The notes: generated by a model from the sequence alone, not told the origin. Positions 1-15,488 are shown, counted from the first letter of the stretch. The stretch is 64,000 nucleotides of DNA from Eledone cirrhosa (GCA_964016885.1 OZ024742.1:227354001-227418000); one strand, 5' to 3'. Translations and numbers: made by a program.

Positions 1-770
1 ACACACAGATATACAGTGGTACATAGTGATACACACACATAGATACACAGTGATACATAGTGTTACACACACATAGATACACAGTGATACATAGTGATAC
101 ACACACATAGATACACAGTGATACATAGTGATAGACACACATAGATATACAGGGGTACATAGTGATACACACACATAGATACACAGTGATACATAGTGAT
201 AGACACACATAGATATACAGGGGTACATAGTGATACACACACATAGATACACAGTGATACATAGTGTTACACACACACAGATATACAGTGATACACAGTG
301 ATACACACACATAAATACACAGTAATACATTATAATACACACTGATTCATAGTGTTACACACACATAGATACACAGTGATACGTAGTGTTATACACACAC
401 ATAGATACACAGTGATACATAGTGATACACACATAGATACACACTGATACATAGTGATATACACACATAGATACACAGTGATACACAGACATAGATACAC
501 AGTGATACATAGTGTTACACGCACATAGATACACAGTGATACATAGTGATATATAGTGATACACACACATAGATACACAGTGATACATAGTGATATATAG
601 TGATACACACACATAGATACACAGTGATACATAGTGATATATAGTGATACACACACATAGATACACAGTGATACATAGTGATATATAGTGATACACACAC
701 ATAGATACACAGTGATACATAGTGATACACACATAATTACACAGTGATACATAGTGATACACACACATAG
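1..770. repeat. Minisatellite, ~36-48 bp units (ACACACATAGATACACAGTGATACATAGTGAT variants)
   Basis: Visible tandem array; explains the MCVYHYISLCITVYL ORFs. Confidence 0.95.
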
Positions 771-787
771 TTATATATCTAAATATC

Positions 788-1021
788 TAAATAAATATAT
801 ATATGTGGGGGGGGGGGCGTATTTGTATATCTAGCGTTATACGGCATGTTTACGAATAAACGTTTGAAAGCCTTTAGCTATGAAATTTGGAAGTCGATGA
901 CTGGAGCCATTCACTTTTCGTTGCTTTTTAATGAGACATGGTTTTGTTATTGTTGTCTTTTGCTCCCCGTCGGATATGGAGAGTTGACAGGTCTGCATTC
1001 GTGATCGAAGGGGGCCTTATC

Positions 1022-1097
<76 letters not shown>

Positions 1098-1578
1098 ACA
1101 TATACATATAGGATAAAGGCCCCCTTCGATCACGAATGCAGGCCTGTCAACACTCCATATCCGACGGGGAGTTCTCCCAACCACCTGTGTGTGTGGGGAG
1201 GGGGGGGGGAGATGACTTCACTTGTGAAAATGGTTATAGCCTTATATGAAATCTTTCTATTCTACCCCATTTCTTCCCATTTTAGACCCTCTTTTTCTTG
1301 GTACTCCCCGTTTGATTTTTTGTAATCATTCAAATACAAACAAGCAAAAGGTGACATTATAATACAGGTCAAACTCATAAAGCAAAAAACAACAACAATA
1401 ACAAAACCATCTCTCATTAAAAAGCAACGAAAAGTTGATGGCTCCAGTCATCAACTTCCAAAATTCATAACTAAAGGCTTTCAAATGTTTATTCGTAAAC
1501 ATGCCGTATATCGCTAGATATACAAATACACACACTCACACACACGCTCCCCGCCCACCCACATATATATATTTATTT
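788..1578. repeat. Nested inverted duplication centred on a (TG)n microsatellite
   Basis: ~819-955 is the reverse complement of ~1390-1529, and 964-1025 of 1108-1172. Confidence 0.85.
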
Positions 1579-1599
1579 ATATATATGTTTATAATGATA

Positions 1600-1820
1600 A
1601 TGGTTTGTGTGGGACCATTCACATATTTTGGTACTGCTGATAGTAACGGTTGGTGCAAAAATGCCACAAGAATGATGAACACCAGACATCAAGCTTTCTG
1701 TTCAGAGTTTTTCATCTCATGAGGCGAGCTATTGCGTGCAAGACACCAACCTGGTATATTAATTCCACGCACATATCCATGCCTCCATCCAACAAATTAT
1801 TGTATATATTTTTCCAGTTT
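1600..1820 (+). pseudogene. Possible piggyBac-type transposase C-terminal relic
   Basis: FTYFGTADSNGW...RHQP...CLHPTNYC resembles the PGBD C-terminus; contains a stop. Confidence 0.3.
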
Positions 1821-1821
1821 T

Positions 1822-1899
<78 letters not shown>

Positions 1900-1960
1900 A
1901 ATATAATGCATATTAAAAAAGTTTTAAAAGGAGAAAGAAATTAAAAGATGAACAGGTTAA

Positions 1961-2179
1961 TCTATATATTACTAAAAGTTTGTAATTGCTTGCTTGTCTG
2001 TAATGTAATACAACCAAAAGGGGGCATAAGGGGAAAATACTTTGAAAGGAAGTTGATCCTGAAATGGGAATACAAATGGAATAAAACAAGTTTCGCGTAA
2101 ATCGAAGCAAGGGTTCCCGAGATATGGGTTTTTTCCGGGTACCTTCATAAACAGAGAGAGAGAGAGAGAGAAAGAAAGA

Positions 2180-2259
<80 letters not shown>

Positions 2260-2367
2260 TAGTGATTGTGAGAGAGTAGATTGAAAGAAAGACATGTCTG
2301 CGGAAATTTTAATTATTTAAAAATTATTTTTAAGTGAACGTGACCCAACGGGTCACGAGTGGTCTAG
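1961..2367 (+). mobile_element. Non-autonomous Helitron
   Basis: 5' A|TCTATATATTACTAAAAG; 3' hairpin CGTGACCC-AAC-GGGTCACG followed by CTAG|T; internal (GA)n. Confidence 0.8.
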
Positions 2368-2744
2368 TATAAAATAAAAGGCATATATAAAAATATATAA
2401 AGTTATATGAAAATATTATACATATGTTCACAGAAATGATCTATTTGAAATTCAAATAATTCCCAAGAGTTTTGTTGTTTAACCTGAGTCACCCAAGAAC
2501 AAATAGGCCTAAGATCAATGACGTCCTACTTTTGGTTATCTCATCTTATTCTTGGTATGTTTTGGACAACATTACAAAATATGTTCTTTCGCTATTTAAG
2601 AAAGTAGAGTATGATCTAATAGATGGACGAAAGCAGTCCTCCGAGGAACGATTCAATGAAAAAAAATAAGGATGTCAGAAGAAGAAAGAGGGGGGTTAAC
2701 TGATAAATACTTTGTGTCAACCCAAGTCCTGGCTTGTGGAAGAG

Positions 2745-3055
2745 ATGGATGGAGGAAGGTAGCACCCATAAGACCTTGGAAGGATGTGGTAGATTGCTCC
2801 ACCCTGCAGCATTCAGCATCCACAAGACCTTGGAGGGACATGGTACATTGCCCCTCTCCTGTAGTGCCCCAATGAACTTGGAAGAAGGTGGCATATGTCT
2901 CTACCCTGCAGCACCCAAAGACCTTGGAAGGATGTGGTATACTGATCCATCCTGCAAGACTCCCAAGATGTTGGAAGCATGTGGTACATTGCTCCATCCT
3001 GCAGCACCCCCAAGACCTTGGAGGGGGTGATACATTGCTCCTCCCTGCAATGCCC
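2745..3055. repeat. Degenerate ~55-60 bp tandem repeat
   Basis: Recurrent AAGACCTTGGAAGGATGTGGTACATTGCTCC..CCTGCAGCA. Confidence 0.85.
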
Positions 3056-3429
3056 CCTCTCTACTATGGAGAGTCACGAGATCGGTAATGGTAACGATAG
3101 AGTATGATTTAACAAAGATAGATTTGGCTGCTATTTCAAGTAGGTTTTTCGACCACGCAGGCTCTCTCGTTGTTTTCCTAAACAGGTCACCGTATTCGAT
3201 TTTGCCACAATTACTAAATCTTTTTCTTTAATGCTTTTTTTTTGTTGTTGTTTTGTTTGTTTTTGTTTGTTTTTTTCACCAAAAAGGTCAACGGGTTTAT
3301 CAATAATTTGGTAAATACTGTGATCTGGAAAGATCAATTGACTGATTAATACCGTGATCACGAAAGGTCAATTACTTGACTATTTATCGCATCAGTGCTT
3401 GGCTATTAAACACAATCTTTCTATGTACA

Positions 3430-3850
3430 CACATGGATCGCGAATTGACAGAGTCATTAGATCGTCGGACGAAATGTCTTGTGGAATTAATTTCGGCTCT
3501 TTGCGTCTTGAGTTCAAATCTCATCGAGGCCGACTTTGTCGTTTATCCTCCCGGGGCCGATAAATAAAATAGCTGTTTAGAGCAAGAAATAGAGAGATGG
3601 AATCGTTAGTAGAGGGTTGTTCCGGCTTCTTGCGTTTTGGGTTCAAATCTCGCCGATGTCAACATTGCTTTTTTTTTTCTGGGGTCGATAAATGAAGTAT
3701 CAGTCTAAAGCAAATACTGGAGTGATGGAATAGTTAAAGTGTCGGACGACAAAATATTTTTTCTGGCTTCATAAATTTTAAATTCAAATTTGACCGAGAT
3801 CAATTTTACCTTTTATACTGCAAGAGTCGATAAATAAAGTACCAGTCAAA
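3430..3850 (+). mobile_element. Three decayed tandem copies of SINE family A
   Basis: GAGTTCAAAT..CCGAGGTCAACTTTGCCTTTCATCC..GGGGTCGATAAA motif three times. Confidence 0.7.
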
Positions 3851-5532
3851 GGTGTTGAACTGGCAGGATCCTTATTGCATCAGGTAATATGCTTTTAGGA
3901 TGCCCTGCGGTTTTGTCAATAAATATATTACAATATAAAGCAGTATAGCCGTATGGTTAAGAAGTTCACTTCGCAATCATGAGGTGCCGCGCTCGATCCA
4001 ACGGCTTAATATCTTATGCAAACGTCATTTAACGGTCGTTGCAAGCTTTATAAGTGAAATTGGAAAGACAGAAATTGTGTGAAGCCCATCGGATGTATTG
4101 TATCTGTAATTCAATGGAGCAGCCTTGTCGCACATTGTCATGCTGAATCTCCTTGGGAATTACGTTAAACGCACACATGCCAGTGAGATACTCAACCACT
4201 TACACTCCAATTTCATGAGCAGGCTATTCTATTAATCGAACGTAGGTCTATTCCATATTACGGACTATGTAACAAGGGGAAACAACTGCAACTTTTATTT
4301 TAATAAGTGTTAAAATAAAACATACAAAAGAATGTTCAGACATAACAGTGTAGTTAGAAAGTTCATTTCACAACAATGCAATTCTGAGTTCGATCCTACT
4401 GCGTGGTACCTTGTGCAAATATCTTCTACTGTAACCTCAGGTTGATTAATAATATCTCATGGGTGGAATTTGGTAGAAGTAAACTGTGTTGACGGCAAGT
4501 TGGGGGTACCAGGATTGGCAGATAATGCGGGTATGAAGGGCACAAGAATTCCCCTTGCATACTTGTTAACCTTTTCCTTACAATAGTTCTAATGAAAAAC
4601 GCGGCCTATGATTTTCATATAATTTTGAAAAAGTATGATTAAGTTGAAGTTTGGAATTCAACAATACTTTTTACATAAAATTAAATATCAATCGATCGAT
4701 CTAATCAATCGACAAGATACGAACTCACTCGCTTAGCGAGTAAGATGGAACTCGTCAATTCAGATTAAGGAAACAATGTTTCCATTACTCTTTCCATTGC
4801 TGATACTATCTCCTGGTCGCAACTTCTGGCAGAAAGAATGATGTGAAATAAGGTTTCTTGCTCAAGGACATAACGCATTGCCTGGTCCAGGAATCAAACT
4901 CGCAACCTCACGATTGTGAATCTAATTCTCTAACCACTAAACTACGCGCCTTTAAAACGAAAGAATTTGTATCGTAGAACCAAGGGTTGTTTCAGGCGGT
5001 TTGGTATCAAAAAGGTTAATTATGGTGGTGCGTGGAGACCAAAAGTGTTTTGTCCCCGAGTATTAAGTGCCTTTGATACGCCAATGCCTGGTGGAGGCGG
5101 ACCTTTCGGAGAGGGAGCCCCATTCACCCATTTCTTTATGAGACGAACCTAGGCTATGGTAAATGACGCCCAAAATGCTACATAATGAGATCAAACCTGG
5201 GACCTCATGGTTTCTTAACCACTCAGTCACATATGCGTTCTATCATCTTTTATAACCAGTCCATATATGTCTAGAAAATGAGAAAAAGAATGGGAAGAGC
5301 CCTTAACTCTTGATGGAGTCGTAGGGGCGCGATTCTAACTCACTGTTACGCCTTTAAAACCTGGTAGAGATTATCCCTCTCTTGTCTAACTTCTTCAAAT
5401 GTTTCAAAAGAAAAAGAGAACTTTTCATATAGTTGTTAGTCTGGTATGAAGGTAGAGACTGTACTCAGGGCCTTCACAGGCCCTCCAAGACAGGTGAGAT
5501 TGGTGCTGTTAAAGTTCTGTTGAAACTGTTGG

Positions 5533-5810
5533 TGTGAAGGTGCAAAAGTGGTTAGAAGTATTCGACTGATGAGTTCAATTCCTGGACCAGGTGGTGTGTT
5601 GTGTCCTGGAGCAAGACATTATATTTCATGTTCCTCCAGTCCACTTACCTGGCAAAAATAATTTAATCCAGTAATTCAAAGACCAGCCTTGTCACTCAAT
5701 GTGTTACGCTGAATCTTCCTGAGAACTACCTAAAGAGTGCACTTGTCTGCGAAATGCTCAACCGTTTTACATATTAATTTCCCGAGCACGTAATCGACGG
5801 AGGTCCACCA
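5533..5810 (+). mobile_element. tRNA-derived SINE family B (other copies ~3940-4270, 12160-12537 minus, 31900-31990 minus, 48465-48600, 51860-52175, 54920-55400)
   Basis: A/B-box-like AGTGGTTAG...GAGTTCAATTCC head followed by TGTGTCCTTGAGCAAGACA..CCAGCCTTGTCAC..GCTGAATCT body. Confidence 0.75.
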
Positions 5811-7247
5811 ACCCTTTTCATGGCAACTTATCCAAACATTCCATTAGAAATCTATTTCATTACTTAACAAGTCAAACATCGAATAATGATTTTTAAAAAC
5901 AACAACAATAACTGTAAAAATATACCTTTGTTTTTTTTTTTGTTTTGTTTTTTTGTAGTTTCCCCTCCCCCGGAGATTTGTGACCTGTTAACCCTTTCGT
6001 GAATGAAATACACTGTCTATTGTTTTTAAATAATCGTTTCTACTTTAGGTATAAGGCCAGTAATTTGAAGGGGGAAGTCAACTAAATCAACTCCAGTTCA
6101 TTACTGGTGCTTTATTTATCGACCCCGTAAAGATGAAAGGCAAAACTAACCTCGATGGGATTTGAACTCAGAACATAAAGGGCTATAACTCTATGCTGCA
6201 ATGTTAAAGTATTTGGAGGGATTTAGTAATATAATTAATTTTCTCATTATTAACTTGTTAACTTGGCGGAATAATTAGGACAAAATGGATGGTTTACATT
6301 TTTTCAGCTCTTTATATCTTTATATTCTGAGTTCAAATCAAGCTGAGGTCAACTTTGCCTTTATCCTCTTTTTTTTTGGGGGGGGGGGGGGGGTAATCAA
6401 CTTTACCCTCCACCAAATTGCTGGCCATGCGCTTAAATTAAAAATTCATTATTAAGTTGGTGTTAGGAAAATTACTTGAAGGTTCTTGCATAAAATTATG
6501 ATGGAAGGTTTTTAGATAAATATAAACACTTTAACCCTTCCGTTACCATATTTCTGATGAAATACACAGCCTAAAATGTTCAAATAATTTTGAAAATAAT
6601 CAAGAATTTGGAGTGATTTGGTAATATCTAATTTTCTCATTTTAAACATAAATTAGTGTTTGGAACATAACTTAACAAAGATTCTTAGATAGAATTATGA
6701 TGGAAGATTTTAAAATAATCTGTTTGGAAACAATAAGGTTTATGTAACTTGTAAAATCTTTCAAACTTTTCTGTTATATCATCTGTAAAGTAATCAATGA
6801 CTTATTCCCCTTTGTTAAAGAATCCAAATGCAGAGTTTAAGTGCAACACTGCAGTTGCAGCGACCTTCTCTGTTGAATTATATTACATCTACTATATCTA
6901 TTGGATTGCCCGTTTTACACACACACACATGCACGCCAACCACACACATGCACGCACGCACGCGCACCACACACACACGCATACATATATATGTACATAC
7001 ATACACACACATACATATATATGTACATACACACACACATATACATATATATATATATATATATATGGATATATATATATATATATGGATATATATATAT
7101 ATATATGGATATATATATAGATAGATGGATATATATATATATATATATATATATGAAAGACGTAAAGTAAGAAAATTTTAAAAATTAAAAATTAACTTAC
7201 TTACTAAAATTTTCACTCCAACTAATTAGTTTCTGTAATGGGATAAT

Positions 7248-7331
<84 letters not shown>

Positions 7332-7408
7332 TATATGTGCATGTATGCATGTATGTAAATTATAAGCCTGTTAGAGCACATGTTTCTAGTTACACGCGCG
7401 TGCATATG

Positions 7409-7502
<94 letters not shown>

Positions 7503-7886
7503 ATGAAAAAGTAATTTTATTCTTCTGGCACGTTTCTACAAAATCAAACAAAAATATAGGAAAAACAATCAAATAGTAAAAAAAAACTCCATTATTTCTA
7601 TATATATATATAGTAAATGTATTTATATATCAGAATCTGAACATTGACTCTAGGAATTAATAACTAATTCTGATCATATCTTTGTGTTTACAGAGAAGAT
7701 AGAAATGATTAAGGAAGTAATGTATGGAAATGGTATCCTTATATCCACAACAACAGTATGATATATGATAAACAACGCTACACTCACATACATACACATG
7801 CATTCACACACATACATACATACACACACATACACATACATACATAAACACATACACATACATACATATATATACATACATACATA

Positions 7887-7946
<60 letters not shown>

Positions 7947-7976
7947 ACACACACACACCCCACACACACACGAGGA

Positions 7977-8632
7977 TCACAGATGATTGCCGTCTCTTAT
8001 TGATTCTCCTTTGTCATTCCATCCACGTCCATGACTTCGTAGATGACTTTGTAGGCCAGCTGTAGATCTGCATGGTTTACGGTTACGGCACAGGTGACAG
8101 GCGAGAGTTATGCTTTCCACAGGACCGGTGGGCTCCCCCTGTGAGACACAATATTTATGCACTACCATGTGTTTTTTTAGTCTGGAACTACTTCTACACA
8201 CTTTGTTGCATATCACGCACGTTATTTCGCCAGGTCTTTGTTGAGTGGTGTTGCAGGTGGTTATCCTTTCATGTGACTGCAGGTGATTAACATAACAAGC
8301 CTTGGAGAGGAGTATGTGCTGACAGAAGTTGTATGTCCAACCACTGATGACTTCATTAAGACTGTGTCCACAGCCCTTCCCCAGCTGATGCTTCAGTTGT
8401 TTATATTCTAGACGACATTCCGCAAACGTTTTGCATCTGCCCTTTATATCCTTTCTCCACTCAGCCCTATTTAGAGCTATCTCCTCCCAGTTGTGTATAT
8501 CAAATGCCAGCTCTTTGAGGTTGTGCTTGATGCTGTCCTCATTTTCGGTTTGTGTTGAGGCCTTTTTCGAAGATGGAGCTCACCGTAAAACAGTTGCTTC
8601 AGGATCCTGCTTTCGGGATCTGCCATGCGGGC
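7977..8632 (-). mobile_element. RTE LINE 3' fragment with C-terminal C2H2-like fingers
   Basis: MADPESRILKQLFYGEL..RPQHKPK; CNKVCRSSSRLKKH; CRSTAGLQSHLRSH. Confidence 0.8.
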
Positions 8633-8677
8633 ACACATACATACATACATACATACATACATACATACATACATACA

Positions 8678-8708
<31 letters not shown>

Positions 8709-9143
8709 GTATTAACAAATGTGAACATGGAAACACGGGCATAAACGACAAACGATTACAAACATCTAACTCCTCTTCAGCCACCCACAGTAAATACAAT
8801 TTCGTGCGTTAGGATGTGATTGTTTTATTATAACCAGGTCGTACAGCGGCTTGATATATTTAGATACCTGAGAGTTGCTTAAGACAGCACAGCAATAAAC
8901 AGAATGGTTGCACATTGTTGTGCATTGTGGTGTGGAAATGTTTTTAAGATATGTATTCATTGTTACTTTATTGTTTCTGGATGCAGCATGGCCGAATAGT
9001 TAGAAGTTGGCCTCGCAATCATTATGTCACGGGTTCAATCCAACTGTGTGATAACTTAGTCAAGCATCATTTGCCATAGCCTCGGGTTGACTCATGCTAT
9101 GTGACTGAAACATTGGCTGGATGAACTCATTTGCATTAATAAA

Positions 9144-9186
9144 TGTCACCGATGATGGTTAAAAATCCAGAAACAGCTGTCTGGCA
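9144..9186 (+). ncRNA. Type I hammerhead ribozyme (CCGAUGA core variant) just 5' of a PLE ORF
   Basis: tgtca-CCGATGA-tgg ttaaaaat cca-GAAAC agct GTC-tggca; stems I and II pair; palindromic stem III ACAGCTGT. Confidence 0.75.
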
Positions 9187-9210
9187 TACAGTTACTGAGA
9201 TACCTGTGAC

Positions 9211-10630
9211 ATGATCAAATCCGAAAATAATCATAGCGAATTGATTAATAAGGAAGTAAATGGGATAGTAATTAGACTTAACATAGAAAACCGAACTGAG
9301 CCGTGCATACCTATTATATCAAAAATAACCATTAAAGATCCCAAACCCAATTTTGAATCTGAATTACCAGTTACGCTAATTGAACCTTCCAGATTGGACA
9401 CTGGAATTATTAGTAAATGTATACTTGATAGGATTATTCCTATACTGAAACGGAAGACCCAGCTTAAATTGTGGGCTGGAACTAATGAGGTCATTGTATG
9501 GTTTAGTGACCTAAAAAAGAAAACAAGGATAACTCCAAATCATACAGCTGGATATAACTACTACTATTCTTCAATCTCCCCTATCTTTCTTAATAAGGCT
9601 CTTATATTCACACTAAAATATATGGATCTTACCCGTGAAGAAATTGAAGATGTAGAAGAACTATTTTAAATCTAATTATGAACTTTGGACACATAGAGAC
9701 AGACCCGATAATTTTGACATCACCATGGGCTCTATAGACTCCGCCCAGGTAACGGACTTTATTGGGTTATACATTCTCCACTTAATTAAACGTAGGTACC
9801 GGAACTCGGCGGAGGTTTGTACCACGATTATGCACTTTTTACCTTGTTTAACCTCGATAACAGTGTTCTGAATAGGAAAAAGAAAATGATCATCAATTTT
9901 TTAAAAAGCTACTGTCTTAAAGTTAAAATAAGAATTAATAGAAAAGTAGTCAACTTCCTTGACTTAATCCTACACCTCAATTTCGGCTTCTTCTATTCAT
10001 ATCACAAATCGGTGATTAAGGCCATTGTTAATAGTGTGGCTCAGAGAATTTATATGCTTTCTACTAATAGTGACATTTCGAGCGGCAATAATTACTACAA
10101 TAATGTATTAGCTTGGGTTGGATACAGAGGGAAAATAGAATACGTAGGTAGAGACAGAGCCGACCATACGTCTTTGCACAAACATAAGGAAACCACTGGC
10201 ATAGGCACTCTAACTGAAAATACAACCCGAGATAACTCACATAAGCATAGAATAGATAGCACTAATATAGTAAATTATCGATGTAGTATGCTCACAACCA
10301 TTAGCTTAACCACGGTGTCAGATATACACGTATCAACTTCTAGACACAATAAACTCACTACCACTAGTCACAACGAAAAATCAAACGCCCCCTCCGCATC
10401 CTCCAGCGTATCTGCACACCTTAAGGAACCCCCAACAAAACACATAGCACATAATGAAACAAAGCAACGGCGGAACAAAACCCGCTCACGTTCTGTCCTA
10501 TGGTATAACCCGCTCTACTACTCGAGACTTTTTTTGATAAATGTTTCCACAAATTGCATAGGTACAGTAGGATATTCAATAGGCACACAGTTAAGTTATC
10601 ATACTTAATCACCAATAGCCTAGCCCAAAA
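9211..10630 (+). pseudogene. Degenerate Penelope-like reverse transcriptase (FDxTMG/GLYRDD-type lineage)
   Basis: ITIKDPKPNF..LIEPS..GIISKCILDRI; FDITMGSIDSAQVTDFIGLYIL; GLYHDYAL; VNFLDL; RSVLWYNP; frameshifted. Confidence 0.8.
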
Positions 10631-11533
10631 CATAGCTAAAATTGGAACCTAAACACAGTCAGAACGCCAGTGCATCTGCGCTCGCACCCGCAAATTATGT
10701 ACGCGTGCTTGATTTTCAAAATGATTTGAAAATTATAGACAATGTCTTTCCTTAGAAGTATGGTAATGAAAAGGTTTTAATTTTTACATTTATCTAAAAA
10801 CCTTCCATCATAATGCAAGAACTTTTTCTAAGTTATATTCTACGCGACAACTTGATAAACAGAAAGTTAACTTATATCACTAAATCCCTCCAAATTATGG
10901 ATTATTTTCAAAATTACTTAAAAATCACAGGTAATATCATTAGAAATATGGTCATGCGAAGCGAACGTATTGGCCATCCTGCATCTGTTCTTAAAAATAA
11001 ATATTATAATGAAAATGTTAAATAGTTCAATGTCTCTGGTTGAAAGTAATGGGTTACAGGAGGAATAGACGTGAAATCGCATAGGTCTTACTTTTTTTTA
11101 ATGGGACAAGGACGTGTGCATTCAGGGCAGGTGGGTGTGGAGATGCCTGTGTCTTTACATACATACATACGTACGTACATACATACATACATACATACAT
11201 ACATACATACATACATACATACATACATACATACATACACGCACACATACAAACATACATACATACATTATATATATATATACACACACACATATATGCA
11301 AAAAGTAAACGGAAAAACACCAAAGCAAACAACACAGTACAATGAAGAAATATATTAGTTTAACGCTTGATATAGTACGAAAAGAGGTTTTATGTTTCAG
11401 ACACTAGTCCTTTGTCGGAAAATAGAATGAGAAATAAAAGATAAAATAGAAAAATAGAAAGTGAGAAGGGGAAGAGACAAAAAGATTTCTTTTGAGAAAA
11501 AGCACGTGTGTATTCTGTCAGCCAACATATATA

Positions 11534-11632
11534 CATGGTGTCCGTAAAAAATATATACACACGTCAACAACATTCTAATAAATATTGCCTGTACAAGTAA
11601 TCAAAGTGTGTATACATTTTTGGGACACCCTG
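11534..11632. mobile_element. ~100 bp Tc1/mariner-type MITE (second copy inverted at 32477-32579)
   Basis: CA(G/T)GGTGTCC...GGACACCCTG termini in a TA context; same internal sequence in both copies. Confidence 0.75.
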
Positions 11633-11651
11633 TATATATATATGTGTGTGT

Positions 11652-11761
<110 letters not shown>

Positions 11762-12849
11762 GGGGTGAAGTTGGGGTAAGCTAGAGATCGTATCGATCTA
11801 TTACAATATTTACTTCAGTTCTCCACTGTTTTGTAAATGCAAATCTCACCAAGTTCAATTGTACGCTTCATCTTCTTAAGATCGATAAAAGTAAGAAGTA
11901 TCATTAGAATGGAATATGTTCTGGGGCCATGATATGAAAAAATATGGGGTCATGTGGATGGAGAGGGGCTGTTCTATGACTGAAATATATAAATGTTATC
12001 AAAGAAAAGAAAAGAAAAGAAGAGGTTCTGATGCAAATTACAGAAAAGATCAAAGAGAAATGAAAGCGATCAAAGGAATCAGGTAGTAATTCCGACGGCA
12101 TATATTTGTCATCAATTGCTGCCATGTTGGACCTTCGTCGGTTGCCACGACAAGTGTTCCAGTTGTTCGAACAACGGAAACACTCTGCTCGTGAAATTAA
12201 CATGCTAGTGGCCGCGTATTTCATTGACACGTGTACCCTGAATATAGTTCTCAGGAACATTCAGTGTAGTATAGTGTGCGACGTGGCTGGACTTATCAAT
12301 TACCAATACTGTTCAGGCTGAGTATTCCAAAGACAATTACACCCTTAACGTAATTCTCAGGGAGATTCAACGTGACAATGCAGGGTCCTTTGAACTACTC
12401 ATTTTTGCCAGCTTAATGGACTGAAGCAACGTGAAATTAAGTTTCTTGTTTAAGGACACAGGGTGCTGTCAGGAATCGAACTCACAACCTTACGATCGTG
12501 AATCGAACCTCTTAACTACTAAATCATGTACCTTCACTCCTATCGCTATAGACTACAGGTAAACTCCTTCGACATATAGCAATTTCAGTCCGGTTTCGTG
12601 TCATCACTGTGACTTGAAGGGTTTAAAATCTGTCATTTTTTTCTTCTTTTTATTCCATCGACAGACCCTCTACTTGGTGTGTTAGAAATAGCAGTCAAAT
12701 CTCCCTTGAATAACATCTTATAAAATGACACATTGTATGTTGTTGTCATGGCTACATTATTCCAGAAGAAATAACGGTACGGTCTTGAGTGGAATGGTCT
12801 TTGACCATAGTCTGTCTCTTTAAATCAAGACTGACCTAGGGCTAAACGA

Positions 12850-12921
<72 letters not shown>

Positions 12922-12995
12922 CGTCAACGGCAATGACAATAACATCAACAATAACAACAGTAACAACAACATACACTATATGCAACATCAACAAC
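12850..12995. repeat. (CAA)n microsatellite
   Basis: Direct observation. Confidence 0.95.
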
Positions 12996-13330
12996 AGATT
13001 GTTTAAATCGTCTGGCTACAAATGATCGTTTCTACTTTTAGCATAAGGCCAGCAAATACTCAGTGCATTACTGGTACTTTATTTTATCGACCCCGTAAGG
13101 ATGAAAGGCAAAGTTAACCTCGGCAGGATTTGACCTCAGAATGGCACGGGCTGTAACTCATTGCGTCAAAGCATGGCGTCCGACCCTCTACCGATGCTGC
13201 CAATCCACCTACAGCCATATTGCATACATACACACATACATATACATACACACATACATACGTAAATACATACATACACATACATACATACACACACACA
13301 TACATATATACATACATTCATACATACACA

Positions 13331-13820
13331 TAATATCAAAGATTAGTGAAAAGGAGAATATTTATGCAGAACTGATGAGAAATCTGCAGATACTCCACCC
13401 CGATTACACCTTCAGATTTATGTCTGTGATTATTGGGGCACTGGGGTATGTTAGTAACTGCCTCAATACAAATCTTGAGAAGCTAGGCTTCACAGGAACA
13501 GAAAGAACACAACTAGTTAGGAAATTACAAGTACAATCCATTAATGGAACAATAAAAATATGTAAAACATTCCAAAAATTTTGCATCTAATAACTGCATA
13601 TACACATGTACAGATACAAAGCATATACACATGCACACATACAACTCAAAACATCCACATCCACACATACAATAACATCCATATCTACACATGCATACAT
13701 ACATACATATCTACCTAGTTGATATTGTGTAAATTCCAATGAGAGAGTCTTGTGTCTATGTTAAAAACCGATTCTCTCCCTCTATTGGTAAAACCTTGTG
13801 AAATTATAAAACCAGAAGAA
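13331..13820 (+). mobile_element. 5'-truncated copy of the R4-like element at 39-43 kb
   Basis: Near-identical to 42680-43158; flanked by (CATA)n. Confidence 0.9.
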
Positions 13821-14442
13821 CATACATACAAACATACATACATGCATACATACTAATATTCTAAAAACTATTTTCATCTTTTGTTCTCTCTTGTAAAAAC
13901 TTTCACGTATTTTCTTGTGGATAGAAGGAATCGGTAGGAGGGAAGGGGAAATCATAATTTTCTAATGTTTATTTGTTCTGTAACATCTTCTGGCTGATGG
14001 AGTTAGTCTTGGAATTGGTGGAAGTTAAAGAAACTATTTACAACAAAGAAAACATACATACATACATATACATACATACATACGTACGTACGTACATACA
14101 TACATACATACATACATACATACATACATACATACATACATACATACATACATACATACATACATACATACGTACGTACGTACATACATACATACATACA
14201 TACTTACGTACGTACGTACGTACATACATACATACATACATACATACGTACGTACGTACGTACGTACATACATACATACATACATATATACATACATACA
14301 TACATACATACATACGTACGTACGTACATACATACATACTTACATATATACATACAAATTTACATATATGTGTGTGCGTTTGTGTGTGTATAAATAAATA
14401 AATATATATATATATATATACATACATACATATATATATATA

Positions 14443-14519
<77 letters not shown>

Positions 14520-14701
14520 GGACAGATACATAAATTATGGAGAGATGTTGGAAAATATCTTTGTTGTCTGCAAGACGTTTGTGTGAGAGATAGTTATCGT
14601 CTGCAATTCATTGAATTTCATCCAAATAACGACGTAACGATTATCTACATAAGGAGATATATTAAACCAGATGGATAACAAAGCAACAAAGAGATACCTA
14701 G

Positions 14702-14777
<76 letters not shown>

Positions 14778-15488
14778 ACACACACACACACACAATGTAC
14801 AACACACATACACGTATAATGACTTAGAACAAGTAAGCAAAGACTAACTAATAAGTTCAGAATTAATCAGTCACAATTTATAGACAGTTCGTCTGCTTTT
14901 TCGGTCTTTCTGTCTGACTTAAGCTAATTTTCTTTGTTCCAATAACTCAACCAATTTTCTGTAGTTAAACACTTGACAAAATGGAAGACAATCGTAAACG
15001 AAATATCGATATAACCATTAAAATCAATCAGATTAATCGAAAAACACGGATAAGAAGACGGAGCAGACGTGAAATAAAATCGAAGAAGCATACATGCCAT
15101 GATTTATCTTAAATATATGTATCTTCTCCGATGACCCAGCAGTATTTACAGTTATATAAATAAACTTAATAGGAATACACTGGATGAATCGAACGTGCAT
15201 TCATCGGATAATCGTACTGTCTATGATTGGATAGATTTAAGACCAAGAAAATGTAAAGATTTTCGAAGACATATAAACATTTTCCGCTTTCTTTTGTGAA
15301 ATTATCTCCAGCCTAACGTATGAACACGTTTGACTCTCTCCATTGAAAGATTTTCAACAACATACAGACGATGGCGAAGATGTGAGCAGATAATAAGGAA
15401 ACTTTCTGAGACGTTTAAAAATTGAAGATTAGGAACAGTCAAAGATTATGGTAATCTGACTCTCGCCCTCCAACTTATGTAACATTTC

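Noticed and set aside
330-768. ORFs of 137-144 aa with periodic Cys/Tyr
   Set aside because: Translations of a minisatellite
3940-4010. tRNA gene
   Set aside because: tRNA-like head continues into a SINE body; no proper cloverleaf
15125-15210. CCGATGA...ATC hammerhead-like layout
   Set aside because: The GAA of the core is missing; too degenerate to call
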